Origin: Candidatus Iainarchaeum sp.
Lineage (GTDB): Archaea; Micrarchaeota; Micrarchaeia; Anstonellales; Bilamarchaeaceae
Assembly: GCA_028686985.1 (NCBI GenBank)
Contig: JAQUBA010000002.1
Coordinates: 20,745-84,744, forward strand
Direction: 5' to 3'
Length of the DNA stretch: 64,000 nt
Below are positions 35,068 to 45,176 of this stretch, one piece after another. The notes beneath the pieces are model-generated. The model was given only the letters and a program-made list of their open reading frames with translations, ran no database searches and was not told the origin of the DNA. Each line of letters opens with the position of its first letter. Position 1 is the first letter of the stretch. Both the position numbers and the translations under genes were made by a program.

Positions 35068-36030
35068 ATGGGCACTGAAAGAACGCCTTGGTTTCGTTCC
35101 GCAATCCAGCCACACGTTCAGCCACTAACTCCAAGAATTAAACGGCACCGGTTCCCAGAGAAACTTTTTGCCCCCGCCGCTGCCGTGGCACTTTCCATAT
35201 TCATCCTCCACCCCTCCAAATCGGATGCATCCGTAATTACGCAGCGCCCCGCGCCGCCCGCGGCGAATCCGGTGGCAGCGAATCCGCGCCCCTCAACGCA
35301 ATTCGTTATTCCGCCGACCCCGGCGTTCAGCTATGATGGCGGCACGCTCGGGCTGGAGAACTCGCCGGAAGGCCTTTCGCTCGTGTACAGGAAGGAAGGC
35401 CAGAGCCCCAACCGTGTCCCGCTGGATGTGGGTTTTGAAGACATGATCGGCACCATAACCAGGATTCATTATGGCATTGGCCACTCCGTCATCATGGCGG
35501 AGAGGGTGCTGGAAGATGGCGCGACCGAATATTACGCCGTCATCACGCTCGGGGCGAGGGACGTTGCCGAGGGAAGGGCAAAACTTCCAGGGAGCGAAAT
35601 CTTGAACTCGTACGCGGTCGTGCTTCCGGAAATGCCGCTCGCGTCCTCCTTCACGGAGAGCGCGCTCTTCGTTTTCGCGGAAGGCGGCGTGGTGAGGTTC
35701 GTCCCGCTTGGCAGCGACGAAGGCATGACGTGCAAGCTTAGCGGGCTGGACGGAGTCGGCGCGCAGAGCATCGCGATGGAATACATGGGCCTATATTTCA
35801 TCATGCAGCCGGGTGCGGTCCCGCTGTATGTTACCAAGAGGGACGGCGATGATTTTGAGACCGTGCCGTGGGACTACGCGCCGGGCAGCTCGTTCACCTC
35901 GCTGAGGGTGGAGATGGGCGAGAACGGGTTCACAATCGTCTTCGCAAGCCCCGCGGGCAGCATGAGAATGGACGTTTCCGTCCCCGAGGAGGGCGGCTTG
36001 CATTCGGTTGGCGCCTCCATGCACAGGTGA
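35068..36030 (+). CDS. Orphan beta-rich exported protein (cluster family B)
   Basis: Long basic n-region, h-region, SDA, Pro linker; G.I..I..G..HSV and GL..I.Q.GA motifs. Confidence 0.8.
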   Translation: MGTERTPWFRSAIQPHVQPLTPRIKRHRFPEKLFAPAAAVALSIFILHPSKSDASVITQRPAPPAANPVAANPRPSTQFVIPPTPAFSYDGGTLGLENSPEGLSLVYRKEGQSPNRVPLDVGFEDMIGTITRIHYGIGHSVIMAERVLEDGATEYYAVITLGARDVAEGRAKLPGSEILNSYAVVLPEMPLASSFTESALFVFAEGGVVRFVPLGSDEGMTCKLSGLDGVGAQSIAMEYMGLYFIMQPGAVPLYVTKRDGDDFETVPWDYAPGSSFTSLRVEMGENGFTIVFASPAGSMRMDVSVPEEGGLHSVGASMHR

Positions 36031-36078
36031 CGCCCGCCCTGCAAAAAAGCTTTTATTCCTTCCCTCCGTAGGGGCAGC

Positions 36079-36540
36079 ATGAGATGGCTCTTCGTCTTCC
36101 TGGGTGCACTGCTCCTCGCTTCGCTCGCATACTCCGAGCTCACGGTCTTCGCGGCGCAGATACCCGAATCCGGCGCGGTACGGTATTCCGTGGCCCAGAG
36201 GGGCGCGAGCGGCTCCCACCTTTTCATAACGGTGAAGAAGGGGGACACGCAGGTGCAGGCATTTGAGGTGCAGGACTTCAGCGGGGTCGCGAACGGTTAC
36301 ATTTCGCTTGCGGAGGGCGGCACATACCGCCTCATCGCGGTTGAGGCCGACAGCGGCGATTATGCCGAGGCGCAGTTTGAGTTCGCCGCGCCGCAGCCAT
36401 CTGTTCCACCCTCAAGCACGCCAACCTCGCTGGTGCGCGGCATCCCGGATTACCTCATCCTGATAGCCGCAGCCCTTGCCGCGGTGCTGGTGTTCCTGCT
36501 TATGTTCAGCAATCCGCTAAGGCAAAAGCCCAAAAAATGA
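36079..36540 (+). CDS. Secreted protein with C-terminal membrane anchor
   Basis: Sec signal, beta domain, P/S/T linker, TM plus basic tail. Confidence 0.8.
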   Translation: MRWLFVFLGALLLASLAYSELTVFAAQIPESGAVRYSVAQRGASGSHLFITVKKGDTQVQAFEVQDFSGVANGYISLAEGGTYRLIAVEADSGDYAEAQFEFAAPQPSVPPSSTPTSLVRGIPDYLILIAAALAAVLVFLLMFSNPLRQKPKK

Positions 36541-36681
36541 GAAACATCTTTTTCCTCCTTTAAAACCACCTTTCATTCGGTATATTCCTAAAAACAGATT
36601 TTCACCTATTTACAGTTATCAAAACATCTTCGCTGCGCAATCCTTATAAATGCTCTCTACGCGTATATACATGGTGTAATT

Positions 36682-39600
36682 ATGGTTTCTGGCAGCGTTC
36701 GCACAACTGAGGGGCCGACAACTTCTTTTGGCTTGGTGCAGCAGCTTCCCGCGGACAGGATGGCGGGGGCGCGCGAGGTCAATTTTGAGATAAATTTCAC
36801 GGTCGCAGGCGCGGAAAGGGAGGCTAGGCAGGCGCGGGCGGTGCTGATGAGGGAGCTGGGAAGGTGCACCTTCACCACCTCGCTGCAGCGCTTCATAGAT
36901 TCGCACCGCGACCAGATAAATTATGTTAAGATAGCCGGCACGCGGATGGACGTGGACGGTGCGCTGTTTGAGCTTGAGGATTATCTGGAGCCGGGGGTGG
37001 CGCCAGGCGGATACCGCAGGCCCGCCGCGCAGGCGGTGCCAACGCCGACGGAAGCGGTGCCGCAGGTTGTGCAGCCGGCAAGGATTGAGGAAGCGCCTTT
37101 GCCGGAGATTAGGAGCCCGCTGGAGTACATGCGCCAGCAGGAAGAGGAGCGCGCGCAGGAACAGGAAGAACGCGCGCGGGCGCAGGCGCAGCAGCCGGAG
37201 CAGGCGCAGGCGGAACAGGTTGAGCCCCCGCCGCAGCTGCAGGAGCAGGAGGGAGTCCTCCTCACGCAGCAGGAAGCCGCAGCGGTTGAGGCGGTCCCCG
37301 AAGCGGTTCAGGAGCAGGCCGCCGAGCAGGTGCGCGAGAACGTCACCGTGATAAATGCGGCCGTTCCGCTTGATGCGGAATACTACCAGAGGGAGTATCT
37401 CGCGCCCGAGGTTTCGGAAGGCGTGAGGACGTACTCCCGGGTCAGTTCCCCCCATCTTATGGTCATGGGGTGGTGGGGAGAGCTGGTTGAATCATGCGAA
37501 AGGAGCGAGGCGCTCGCAGCGAGGCTTGATGCAATCACTTCCCAGTATTACGGTGCGCTCGATACGCTAGAAGGGGCAAGGGGCACGCCGGGGGAGCGCG
37601 CTTTGCAGAACAAGGTGCGCGAGCTGGAGGGGCAGATGCGCGCGATTGAGCGTGAGATGGATCCGATGCTTGGGAGGCAGGGCCAGCTCATGGTGAACAT
37701 ACTTGCGAATCTTCCCGACGCGTACGGCTGGGCGATGAGCGAGCCGAGCAGGGACCGTGACGCGATGCTCGCCGACCTCAACGCAATAAGGGATGAGTGG
37801 GCATCCAACCAGGCAAAGATAAGGGATGCGCTCTCGCTAAGGGAGATTTCCGGGGACATCGCGGGGGCCTTTGCCCCTGCATTTGCAGCCGCAAGGAGGG
37901 GCTCCATAGAGAACATGTATGACGTTTTTTCGCGCATGATGCAGAACAGCCCGGAAATCGCGCAGAGCTTCGTGGACTGGGTTGCGCTCGGCGAGGCGGC
38001 CCGCGCCTCATACGCGGCCATACCAGTCGGCGAGATAGGCGCAGCGGTGCCCACACTGGGCGAGGCAACAACCGGCGGAGCATTTGAGTTCAGGAGCCGC
38101 CGCGGCACCTTCAGGATAACAATAGCCGGAGAGGACCTTTCCGGCATGACGTTTGCCGAAGCCAAGAGGCGCGTGACTGAGCTGGTGAACGACCAGTCCA
38201 TCGGCAACCAGCAGCTGCTCGGGATGCTCACGGTGGAACAATTGCGCGAGGGGAAAGAGCCCTACCGCTTCATGAGCAGGTACCTCCTGCGCACGCAGTT
38301 CTTCCAGGACTACGCGAGCGGAAACATACGTGTCCTTGAGACCGCGCCGCTCACGAGGGGAGGAATCCCCGCGTCCGTGTATGAGGTTGCGCATGCGCCC
38401 CCGGTCGTGGCCGAGAGGCCGCTCCCGGTTGTTCCTCAGGTCACAGCGCCGCCGGCTGAGGCCGCGCCCGCCCCGGCAGCCGTTGCCTACAATTACGGAT
38501 GGGCAGAAGGAATACAGGAAGAGCTCAGGGGGATAGTCAGCGAGCTTGTAAATCTTCCGCGCTTCCGGCCGGAGGAAACCCAGGCACGCCACGATGAGCT
38601 TGTCGCGAGGGGGGCCGCGCTCTACCGGGAATTCTATTCCCATGTGGGTGAGGCGGAGCCCTCTGAAGATTTGAACCGCATACGGAGGTGGATGTCCAGC
38701 GCTGAAAGGATGTCTTCGTTCGGGTTGGCACTTAATGAGGGAGGGGCGCTTGTGGAGGCAGTGCGCCCAGCCCCTCCCGAAGCGGCAGAAGCGGTTCCGC
38801 CGGCAGCACCGGCAGCCGTGCCGGTTCCCGCAGCTCCGGTTGCGGTCCCGCCAACCGCCGCACCAGTCACCGCGCCGCCGGGCGAGATTTACGTTCCGTC
38901 CGTTCCGACTGCGCCGGCACCCGCACCCTCCGTTCCGGTTTTGGAAGGGCAGCCGCTCGCCGCATTCGCAAGGAGATACGGGATTTCAACTGATGATGCG
39001 CGCGACCTGAACCGTTTCCAGCTCGGGCAGCGCAACGTGCTTGAGGTCCAGGCGAACAGCGAGGAGAACGCAAACCGCCTACTTAACCTCGTTCGGATGG
39101 AGGCAAACAGAAGGGGTGTCGCATCCGAATACGACGTCATGCCGCCACAGGAGGCTGGCGGCCCGTATATCGTATATTACCGGCCCATGGGCATGCTTCG
39201 CGCCGCGGACAGGGCAGCCGTGGAGGCGCAGAACCCCTTCGCGTTCGTCGGCTTCGCAACACGCCTTCCGATGGAATACGCATTTGACTTCGCGGGCATA
39301 AACACGAGGTTCGGCCAGGCATTCGCGCCATACGAGGCGCGGCTCGTCGGCTTCGCGGACGCCGCAACCATAGCGCAGAACCCGGACGCCCAGCTGCCTG
39401 CATACGCCGCGGACACGGTCACGGGCCTCGCATCCTGGGTGTTCCATATCGGCGGCGAAAGGGTGAGCGGCCTTGAGAGGGCGGGCCAGCTCATATACGC
39501 ACGCACGCCCCAGCAGCCGGTTGCGCTCACGGTCGGGGAGGCCGAGGCGCTTTTCCTGAACCAGCGGGAGGCGGCCGCGTTCGCGGCTGCGTTCTTCACC

Positions 39601-41424
39601 GGGGACGCCGGTCGGGCGTACAGGGATATAGAGGGCAGGACCCTGAATATTTTTGAGAGCAACATACGCGCCGCGCTTGCGGAGAGGGACAACGCAGAAG
39701 TGCGCGACGCCCTTGGGGGCGCCCTCGGCCGCTATGCGACGGAGGCATACACCAGGCTATCGCGCTATTACGGCAACCCCGCGCTCGTTGAGGAGAGGAT
39801 AAGCACGCTGGAGCCGGAGGCGCGCATGAGCTTTGAGTACGCGGCGGAGATGCTCGGGGAGGCGATGTACAGGATGCGCCTTGTGCAGACCGGCGAGCCG
39901 GAGAGCGAGGACCTGCGCATTGCATGCGTCAATTCCGCGCGTGCAATCCTGATTGTGAAAATAGAGGGCGAGGGCGGCCGCGTCGCGTTTGACAAGTTCA
40001 TGCACAACGGCAGGGAATACAACGTGGGCACTAACTCGCTCTTCACCTCCGGCAACGTGCAGTTCGCGCTGGAGGACGGGACGGTGCTCTCCAACCACCT
40101 GCTTTACGTGCCGCAGCCCGAGCCGGGCGTCGTGCTGATAGTGGGCTACATGAAGGGCAACGACAGGCACATGCTCGCGGACGAGGGCATAACGCCGTTC
40201 ATCTACGACCTGAACCAGCAGGGCCACCTCCGCGATTCGCTGGGGTTCGCCGGCCTCACGGAGAGGTGGACGTGGCACCTGCCCCTCATAGACATACGCG
40301 TGCCCGAGGAGGGGATGCTGCTTGGCGAGGACACTCCGCTGTTCAAGGCGATGGACCCGCTTGTGATGGATCTCCATACCAAGCCCACCGAGGTATCCCT
40401 TTACATAGAAGGGAATTTTGACCTCGTGCCCGCCGACTACGGCGCAGGCGCGGACATAGACGATGCGAAATTCATAATGGAGAACGTGCGCCTTGGGGGC
40501 GAACTGGTTCCTGCGGACAGGGTGTTCTCGTATGAAGGCGTATGGTTTGAGTTCAACAACTTCAGGCGCGCCGGCCAGAACAGGTACTTCGCAACCGCGG
40601 CGCCGGAGGTCACGAGCACGTATGCCGGCATGTTTGAGGAGCCGGGCGAGATACAGAACGTCGCGGAGTTCGCTGCGGACGGCCGGGTCTATGCCTACAT
40701 GCGCAACGGCAAGCTTGTGGACGCGGAGAGGCAGGCGGATTCGGAAGGCGTCATGCGCGTGTGGATAGGCACATACCGCTTCACGCTTGATGCCGAGGGC
40801 GAGCGCATAATGCCCGACGCCTCCACCATGGCGATATTGCCGGAATACAGGAGCCTGATATTCGCGCGCATAGGCAGGGAGGAGCTTGAGGCAAAGATTG
40901 CGGAGGAAAGGGCGGCGGTCGGCGAGTACAGGATTGAGATAGACCTGAACACGCAGGCGAGTTCCGTTGCCGGGGAGAGGGTGATTCCGTATCTTTACAT
41001 CCACAAGGGCCCGATAGCCCCGGAAACCGAGGCAGGCGCCGGCGCGGACCTGCGGGTCGCGGAGATATACGACGCCGAGGGGTACCTTGTGCCCAGGGCG
41101 CAGCGCATAGATGCGATTGACGCAAGGTTCCTGGCCATACAGGACCTGAGGGGCACGGAAATCACCGTGGAGTCCTGGAACGCCCTCAAGGCGGAGATGG
41201 ACGGGTTGCATGAAGAGAGGGTGAGGCTTTTCACCGAGATGCTGGGGTTCACCACGGACGCGATGGGGAGGATAGAGGCAAGCGGCATACTGCTGGACGA
41301 GGAATCCAGGGGCCGCCTGCAGACGCAGGAGGCCGCGTTGAGGGCCAACATCTCCGGAATGGGAAACGTCTGGTCGGCGTGGGAAGCCGCAAGGGACAGG
41401 GTAGACAGGCAGCTTGGATTGTGA
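36682..41424 (+). CDS. 1580-aa Lys-poor modular orphan protein (family A domain at N-terminus)
   Basis: TATA and GGTG RBS; P/A/E/Q linkers, coiled coils, beta-rich C-region; no signal peptide. Confidence 0.85.
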   Translation: MVSGSVRTTEGPTTSFGLVQQLPADRMAGAREVNFEINFTVAGAEREARQARAVLMRELGRCTFTTSLQRFIDSHRDQINYVKIAGTRMDVDGALFELEDYLEPGVAPGGYRRPAAQAVPTPTEAVPQVVQPARIEEAPLPEIRSPLEYMRQQEEERAQEQEERARAQAQQPEQAQAEQVEPPPQLQEQEGVLLTQQEAAAVEAVPEAVQEQAAEQVRENVTVINAAVPLDAEYYQREYLAPEVSEGVRTYSRVSSPHLMVMGWWGELVESCERSEALAARLDAITSQYYGALDTLEGARGTPGERALQNKVRELEGQMRAIEREMDPMLGRQGQLMVNILANLPDAYGWAMSEPSRDRDAMLADLNAIRDEWASNQAKIRDALSLREISGDIAGAFAPAFAAARRGSIENMYDVFSRMMQNSPEIAQSFVDWVALGEAARASYAAIPVGEIGAAVPTLGEATTGGAFEFRSRRGTFRITIAGEDLSGMTFAEAKRRVTELVNDQSIGNQQLLGMLTVEQLREGKEPYRFMSRYLLRTQFFQDYASGNIRVLETAPLTRGGIPASVYEVAHAPPVVAERPLPVVPQVTAPPAEAAPAPAAVAYNYGWAEGIQEELRGIVSELVNLPRFRPEETQARHDELVARGAALYREFYSHVGEAEPSEDLNRIRRWMSSAERMSSFGLALNEGGALVEAVRPAPPEAAEAVPPAAPAAVPVPAAPVAVPPTAAPVTAPPGEIYVPSVPTAPAPAPSVPVLEGQPLAAFARRYGISTDDARDLNRFQLGQRNVLEVQANSEENANRLLNLVRMEANRRGVASEYDVMPPQEAGGPYIVYYRPMGMLRAADRAAVEAQNPFAFVGFATRLPMEYAFDFAGINTRFGQAFAPYEARLVGFADAATIAQNPDAQLPAYAADTVTGLASWVFHIGGERVSGLERAGQLIYARTPQQPVALTVGEAEALFLNQREAAAFAAAFFTGDAGRAYRDIEGRTLNIFESNIRAALAERDNAEVRDALGGALGRYATEAYTRLSRYYGNPALVEERISTLEPEARMSFEYAAEMLGEAMYRMRLVQTGEPESEDLRIACVNSARAILIVKIEGEGGRVAFDKFMHNGREYNVGTNSLFTSGNVQFALEDGTVLSNHLLYVPQPEPGVVLIVGYMKGNDRHMLADEGITPFIYDLNQQGHLRDSLGFAGLTERWTWHLPLIDIRVPEEGMLLGEDTPLFKAMDPLVMDLHTKPTEVSLYIEGNFDLVPADYGAGADIDDAKFIMENVRLGGELVPADRVFSYEGVWFEFNNFRRAGQNRYFATAAPEVTSTYAGMFEEPGEIQNVAEFAADGRVYAYMRNGKLVDAERQADSEGVMRVWIGTYRFTLDAEGERIMPDASTMAILPEYRSLIFARIGREELEAKIAEERAAVGEYRIEIDLNTQASSVAGERVIPYLYIHKGPIAPETEAGAGADLRVAEIYDAEGYLVPRAQRIDAIDARFLAIQDLRGTEITVESWNALKAEMDGLHEERVRLFTEMLGFTTDAMGRIEASGILLDEESRGRLQTQEAALRANISGMGNVWSAWEAARDRVDRQLGL

Positions 41425-41434
41425 GGTGGTATGG

Positions 41435-43156
41435 ATGAATGCACAAAGAATGGCCCGGGAGCCGCGCGAGCTTTCCGCGGATGAGCTTGTTGACGAATTC
41501 AAGGCGGTTTCGCAGACCTTCACCGGCCGTGCGACTAGCCTTATCCCCGAACTCCAGAGGAGGCTGTCGGACGAAACCCTGCGGGAGCAGCTTAGGCCCA
41601 GGGCGGGCGAGCTTGCCGATTACCTGCACGCGCTTGCCGGTGCGTTGTCTTCAAACCTTGTCATTGAGCAGGCTGAGCCGCTTGTGCAGCAGGCCCTGGG
41701 GATGCGCACCGAGTTATACCTCATGAGCACGGTTCCGGTTGAGGAGGAGAGGCGGCTCGCAGAGCAGGGCGAATCCATGGTGGGAGTCGGCTACGTGAGC
41801 AGGCCAGGCGTCCCGCCGATAGAGCAGCCTGCCGTCAGGCAATACCTGTCCCAGAACCCGCTTGATTTGGTTGACCTTACGCTGCCAATTGACTGGCTGA
41901 GGCACTTCACTGATGAATACAGAGATACCACTACGCAATTGATAAGCGATGGCTATGCGCTTGAGCTTTCGCGGGACTTTGACGGCGCGAGGGAGAGGGG
42001 CGCACAGGCGGTTGACAACATCGCCAGGATGGTGAGGGAAGGCTCTTCTGGCGGCTCGGACATGAGCACCGACAGGTTGCTCAACGAAGACCCCTCTTCA
42101 TGGACGGAAGGGGAGCGCGAATTCGTAATTGACATGCTGGGCAAGGCGGACTGGTCCGCGGAAGAGCAGGCGAGGTACCTGCCGGAGATAGTGAGCCTCC
42201 TCAGGCTCATAAACGACGGGCAGTTCACCGAGGCGTTCGACCGTGCGGCCGGCGACACCACGCTGGGCCAGGCACTCACAACCATGCTCGTGGAAACCCT
42301 GGAGCAGAGGCTCTCCGTCCATGTTCCCGTGGGCTACCTGAACATCGGCGTGGAGGGGACGGTCGTCAATGTCCGGTATTCGGACGACGAAACGTTCCGA
42401 ATGTTCCTGAGGGGCTTCCTCAGGGGCGTCCTTGACCAGAAATACAAGCCAGCAGTATCCATCCGGGAAACCGACGGGGGTTCGGCAATTGATGTCCTGA
42501 TGGAGCCGACCGACGAGTTCGCGTTCGGAGGCATAGGCGGCGGTGGCGGAGTCGGCTTTGAAACTACCGCAGCCCATCCGATGAGGACTGTTTCTCTTGA
42601 GCTGGATGCGGCCTACGACCCTGTCGCGGACAGGCCCGTTTTCACCGGAAGGCTGGAGTTCTCGGACCAGAGCGGCGAGTGGACCGCCCCGCTGGACGGC
42701 GTAATCTACCCCTCGGTTTACCTGGAGGGCGGCGTGGACGCATCCGGAACAACCGGCCATGTGGCGGTGGGGGCGATGGTTGAGGCTGGCTCCTCGTATT
42801 TCATTTTCGGAGACTGGAGCATGTTCATGCTGCTGAGCCTGGATTACATAAAGAGGTTCGGCGAGCCAATAGTGGCGCCGTCAGAAAACCTTGAATTGGG
42901 CTTCGGGGGAAGGGTTGTTTATTCCGACGTCGTCTCGCTCAGCGGAAGGTATTTGCTCAACCCGATGAATGAGAACATGGGATTCATCGGGCAGGCGATG
43001 GTCAATGTGGGCGCAGGCGTGTCCCTTGGTTTCTCCGGCGGCTTCAGGGAAGTTGACATAAACATTTTCAGGAGCAGCCAGGCGATAATAGCGCCTGAAC
43101 TGTCTTTCAACATCGGATGGAACATAGACGATTTCATAAAATACCTTAGGGAATAG
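41435..43156 (+). CDS. Orphan protein, helical N-half + putative transmembrane beta-barrel
   Basis: GAGGTGG RBS; C-half is a run of Gly/aromatic amphipathic strands ending ELSFNIGWNI. Confidence 0.75.
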   Translation: MNAQRMAREPRELSADELVDEFKAVSQTFTGRATSLIPELQRRLSDETLREQLRPRAGELADYLHALAGALSSNLVIEQAEPLVQQALGMRTELYLMSTVPVEEERRLAEQGESMVGVGYVSRPGVPPIEQPAVRQYLSQNPLDLVDLTLPIDWLRHFTDEYRDTTTQLISDGYALELSRDFDGARERGAQAVDNIARMVREGSSGGSDMSTDRLLNEDPSSWTEGEREFVIDMLGKADWSAEEQARYLPEIVSLLRLINDGQFTEAFDRAAGDTTLGQALTTMLVETLEQRLSVHVPVGYLNIGVEGTVVNVRYSDDETFRMFLRGFLRGVLDQKYKPAVSIRETDGGSAIDVLMEPTDEFAFGGIGGGGGVGFETTAAHPMRTVSLELDAAYDPVADRPVFTGRLEFSDQSGEWTAPLDGVIYPSVYLEGGVDASGTTGHVAVGAMVEAGSSYFIFGDWSMFMLLSLDYIKRFGEPIVAPSENLELGFGGRVVYSDVVSLSGRYLLNPMNENMGFIGQAMVNVGAGVSLGFSGGFREVDINIFRSSQAIIAPELSFNIGWNIDDFIKYLRE

Positions 43157-43166
43157 GTGGAATTAT

Positions 43167-45140
43167 ATGAAAAAAACCCTGTTGTTCATGGCGTTGGTCC
43201 TCTGCGTTTCGTTCGCCGAGGTTGTGGTCACGCAAGCATATGAGGGAAACCTTTACACTCCCAACACCCCCCCGGCTTATTCGCGGGTGCATATGGAACC
43301 GTTCCTCTATTTTGAGGACACGCTCGTAGTTTCCACGGATTCCCGCGTCATCTATGGCGGCCCCGCCGATGATTTGCAGCAGGATGCCATAATCTGCGAA
43401 GGGGACGTGACCACCTCCGCGGATGCGGACGGGGAATGGGCGCATGGCGGATTCTACCAGCATGTATATTACCTGCTCCCCTGCGAACCTCCATCCTATA
43501 GCCGGGTCAGCAACAATGTCCCGATATTCTGGGACGCGGACTCGTATGATGCGCTTTTTCCGGAGGATGTCTGCAACGAGGGCGAGCCCGGATGCTGGGG
43601 CATGGAGGGCTCCCCCATACGGCAGAGGGTGGACGTTTATGAGAAGTACGATGGCAGCGTGACTTACTCAAACAGGGAGGGGCAGACCAACGTGGTCTGC
43701 AAGGGAGTCACTACGCTCAGGTACGATGGCACGCTTCTGGACAGCTCGGTAATCGGCGACGCGCCCACCGGGGGGTCCATGCGGCTCACCCACGGGATGC
43801 ACACCATAACAAACGGGATGGATGTGCAGGGATGCCTCGGGGTGACCCGCAACGTTGCATGCGATGCGACCTCCGAACTCAGCGAGAGGGTGTTCGGGAG
43901 GACAAGCGCGCAGTTCGGCTCAGGGGCACCCGGATACTCAACCTCGCTCCAGTCCACAATGAACATCCGCGTCGTGACCGATGCGGACCTCCGCTGCAGC
44001 GCAGAGGCGGTTTCAGTAACCCCCTCCCCGGTGAATGTTTCCCCAGGGGGAACGCAGCGCATCACCATAACCGTGAGGAATGCATGCCCCTCCTCTGACC
44101 CGCTGTGCCAGCCCATTACGGTAACGGGGGTCACGGCCAGCAACGGCTTCAGGTTCAATTTTGACACAGGGGGAATGCTAGTCCCGCTCGGCTATTATAC
44201 CGTAAATCCGGGGCAGGCAAAGACGTTCAACGGAATCCTCACCGCCCCCGCATACACCACATGCCCAACCCGGCTCACGTTCACCGCGGCATACACCTGC
44301 CCGGGATGCACGGGCACTTTCAGCGGCACGCCCGCAACGGTAAATATCCCGTTTGACTGCCCTCCCCCGCCAGAAACGGAGGAGAACATCACCAACCTGG
44401 TGCCTAGCTTCACCCCGGACCTGCCAACCCGTGTAGACATAGAGACGGGCGGCGAACTTGACTTCAGCGTCATAACCTGGAACAACGGGCAGAACACCAG
44501 CAATCCCGGCGAAACGTGCGTGAACATAGGCAACTGGATGGTCAGCGGCCCGATTCCCGGCCCGAGCATAAGGATTTTCCTGGACCTTCCAGGCATATCA
44601 CCGATACGCTACTCATACGGTGCAATACCCCCGGGCGGCTCGGTCGTGCACGAACCCATAAGCTTCGCATGCACCCCCGCGATGGAGAACATGACCTACG
44701 TGCTGATTGCGAACGTGGACTGCATACCTCCTGGAAATGGCACAACCACTGAAACGGACGAGTCGGACAACATCGTGACAAGGGTGTTCAACTGCAGGCC
44801 AGCAACGGGCAACGAAACGGAGCACGAAGGCGAATACAACTGCGACATCAGCCCCTCGTTCCAGACCGGCTACCCGCTTGGCACATACTCCTTCCACGTG
44901 ACCTGCCCCGATGAAGGCAATCCGGACGACATGTGCGGCGGCTCCATAGACTGGGACTCCTCCTCGCGCAACGTGACATACACCGGTTCGGACGACCTGG
45001 ACTTCTACCGCATAATTGTTGGCGGCGCAACGCTCCCCGGCAGCGTATCCATAGTGGCGGACGTAAGGTATGATGACGGAAACGCGACCTGCAGAGCCGA
45101 GCTGAATGTCCCCACAGTCCCGTGCGAAGAATTTGTGTGA
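43167..45140 (+). CDS. Secreted Cys-rich Ig/CARDB-like surface protein
   Basis: MKKTLLFMALVLCVSFA signal; VSPGGTQRITITVRN; ETDESDN CARDB-like motif; NxT sequons. Confidence 0.85.
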   Translation: MKKTLLFMALVLCVSFAEVVVTQAYEGNLYTPNTPPAYSRVHMEPFLYFEDTLVVSTDSRVIYGGPADDLQQDAIICEGDVTTSADADGEWAHGGFYQHVYYLLPCEPPSYSRVSNNVPIFWDADSYDALFPEDVCNEGEPGCWGMEGSPIRQRVDVYEKYDGSVTYSNREGQTNVVCKGVTTLRYDGTLLDSSVIGDAPTGGSMRLTHGMHTITNGMDVQGCLGVTRNVACDATSELSERVFGRTSAQFGSGAPGYSTSLQSTMNIRVVTDADLRCSAEAVSVTPSPVNVSPGGTQRITITVRNACPSSDPLCQPITVTGVTASNGFRFNFDTGGMLVPLGYYTVNPGQAKTFNGILTAPAYTTCPTRLTFTAAYTCPGCTGTFSGTPATVNIPFDCPPPPETEENITNLVPSFTPDLPTRVDIETGGELDFSVITWNNGQNTSNPGETCVNIGNWMVSGPIPGPSIRIFLDLPGISPIRYSYGAIPPGGSVVHEPISFACTPAMENMTYVLIANVDCIPPGNGTTTETDESDNIVTRVFNCRPATGNETEHEGEYNCDISPSFQTGYPLGTYSFHVTCPDEGNPDDMCGGSIDWDSSSRNVTYTGSDDLDFYRIIVGGATLPGSVSIVADVRYDDGNATCRAELNVPTVPCEEFV

Positions 45141-45176
45141 TTTTTTTATCTTCTTTTTACTTTTATTTCCCTGCCA

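Noticed and set aside
39757-41523. 588-aa reverse-strand ORF
   Set aside because: Antisense shadow of the 1580-aa gene; H/V/L/R-rich shadow composition
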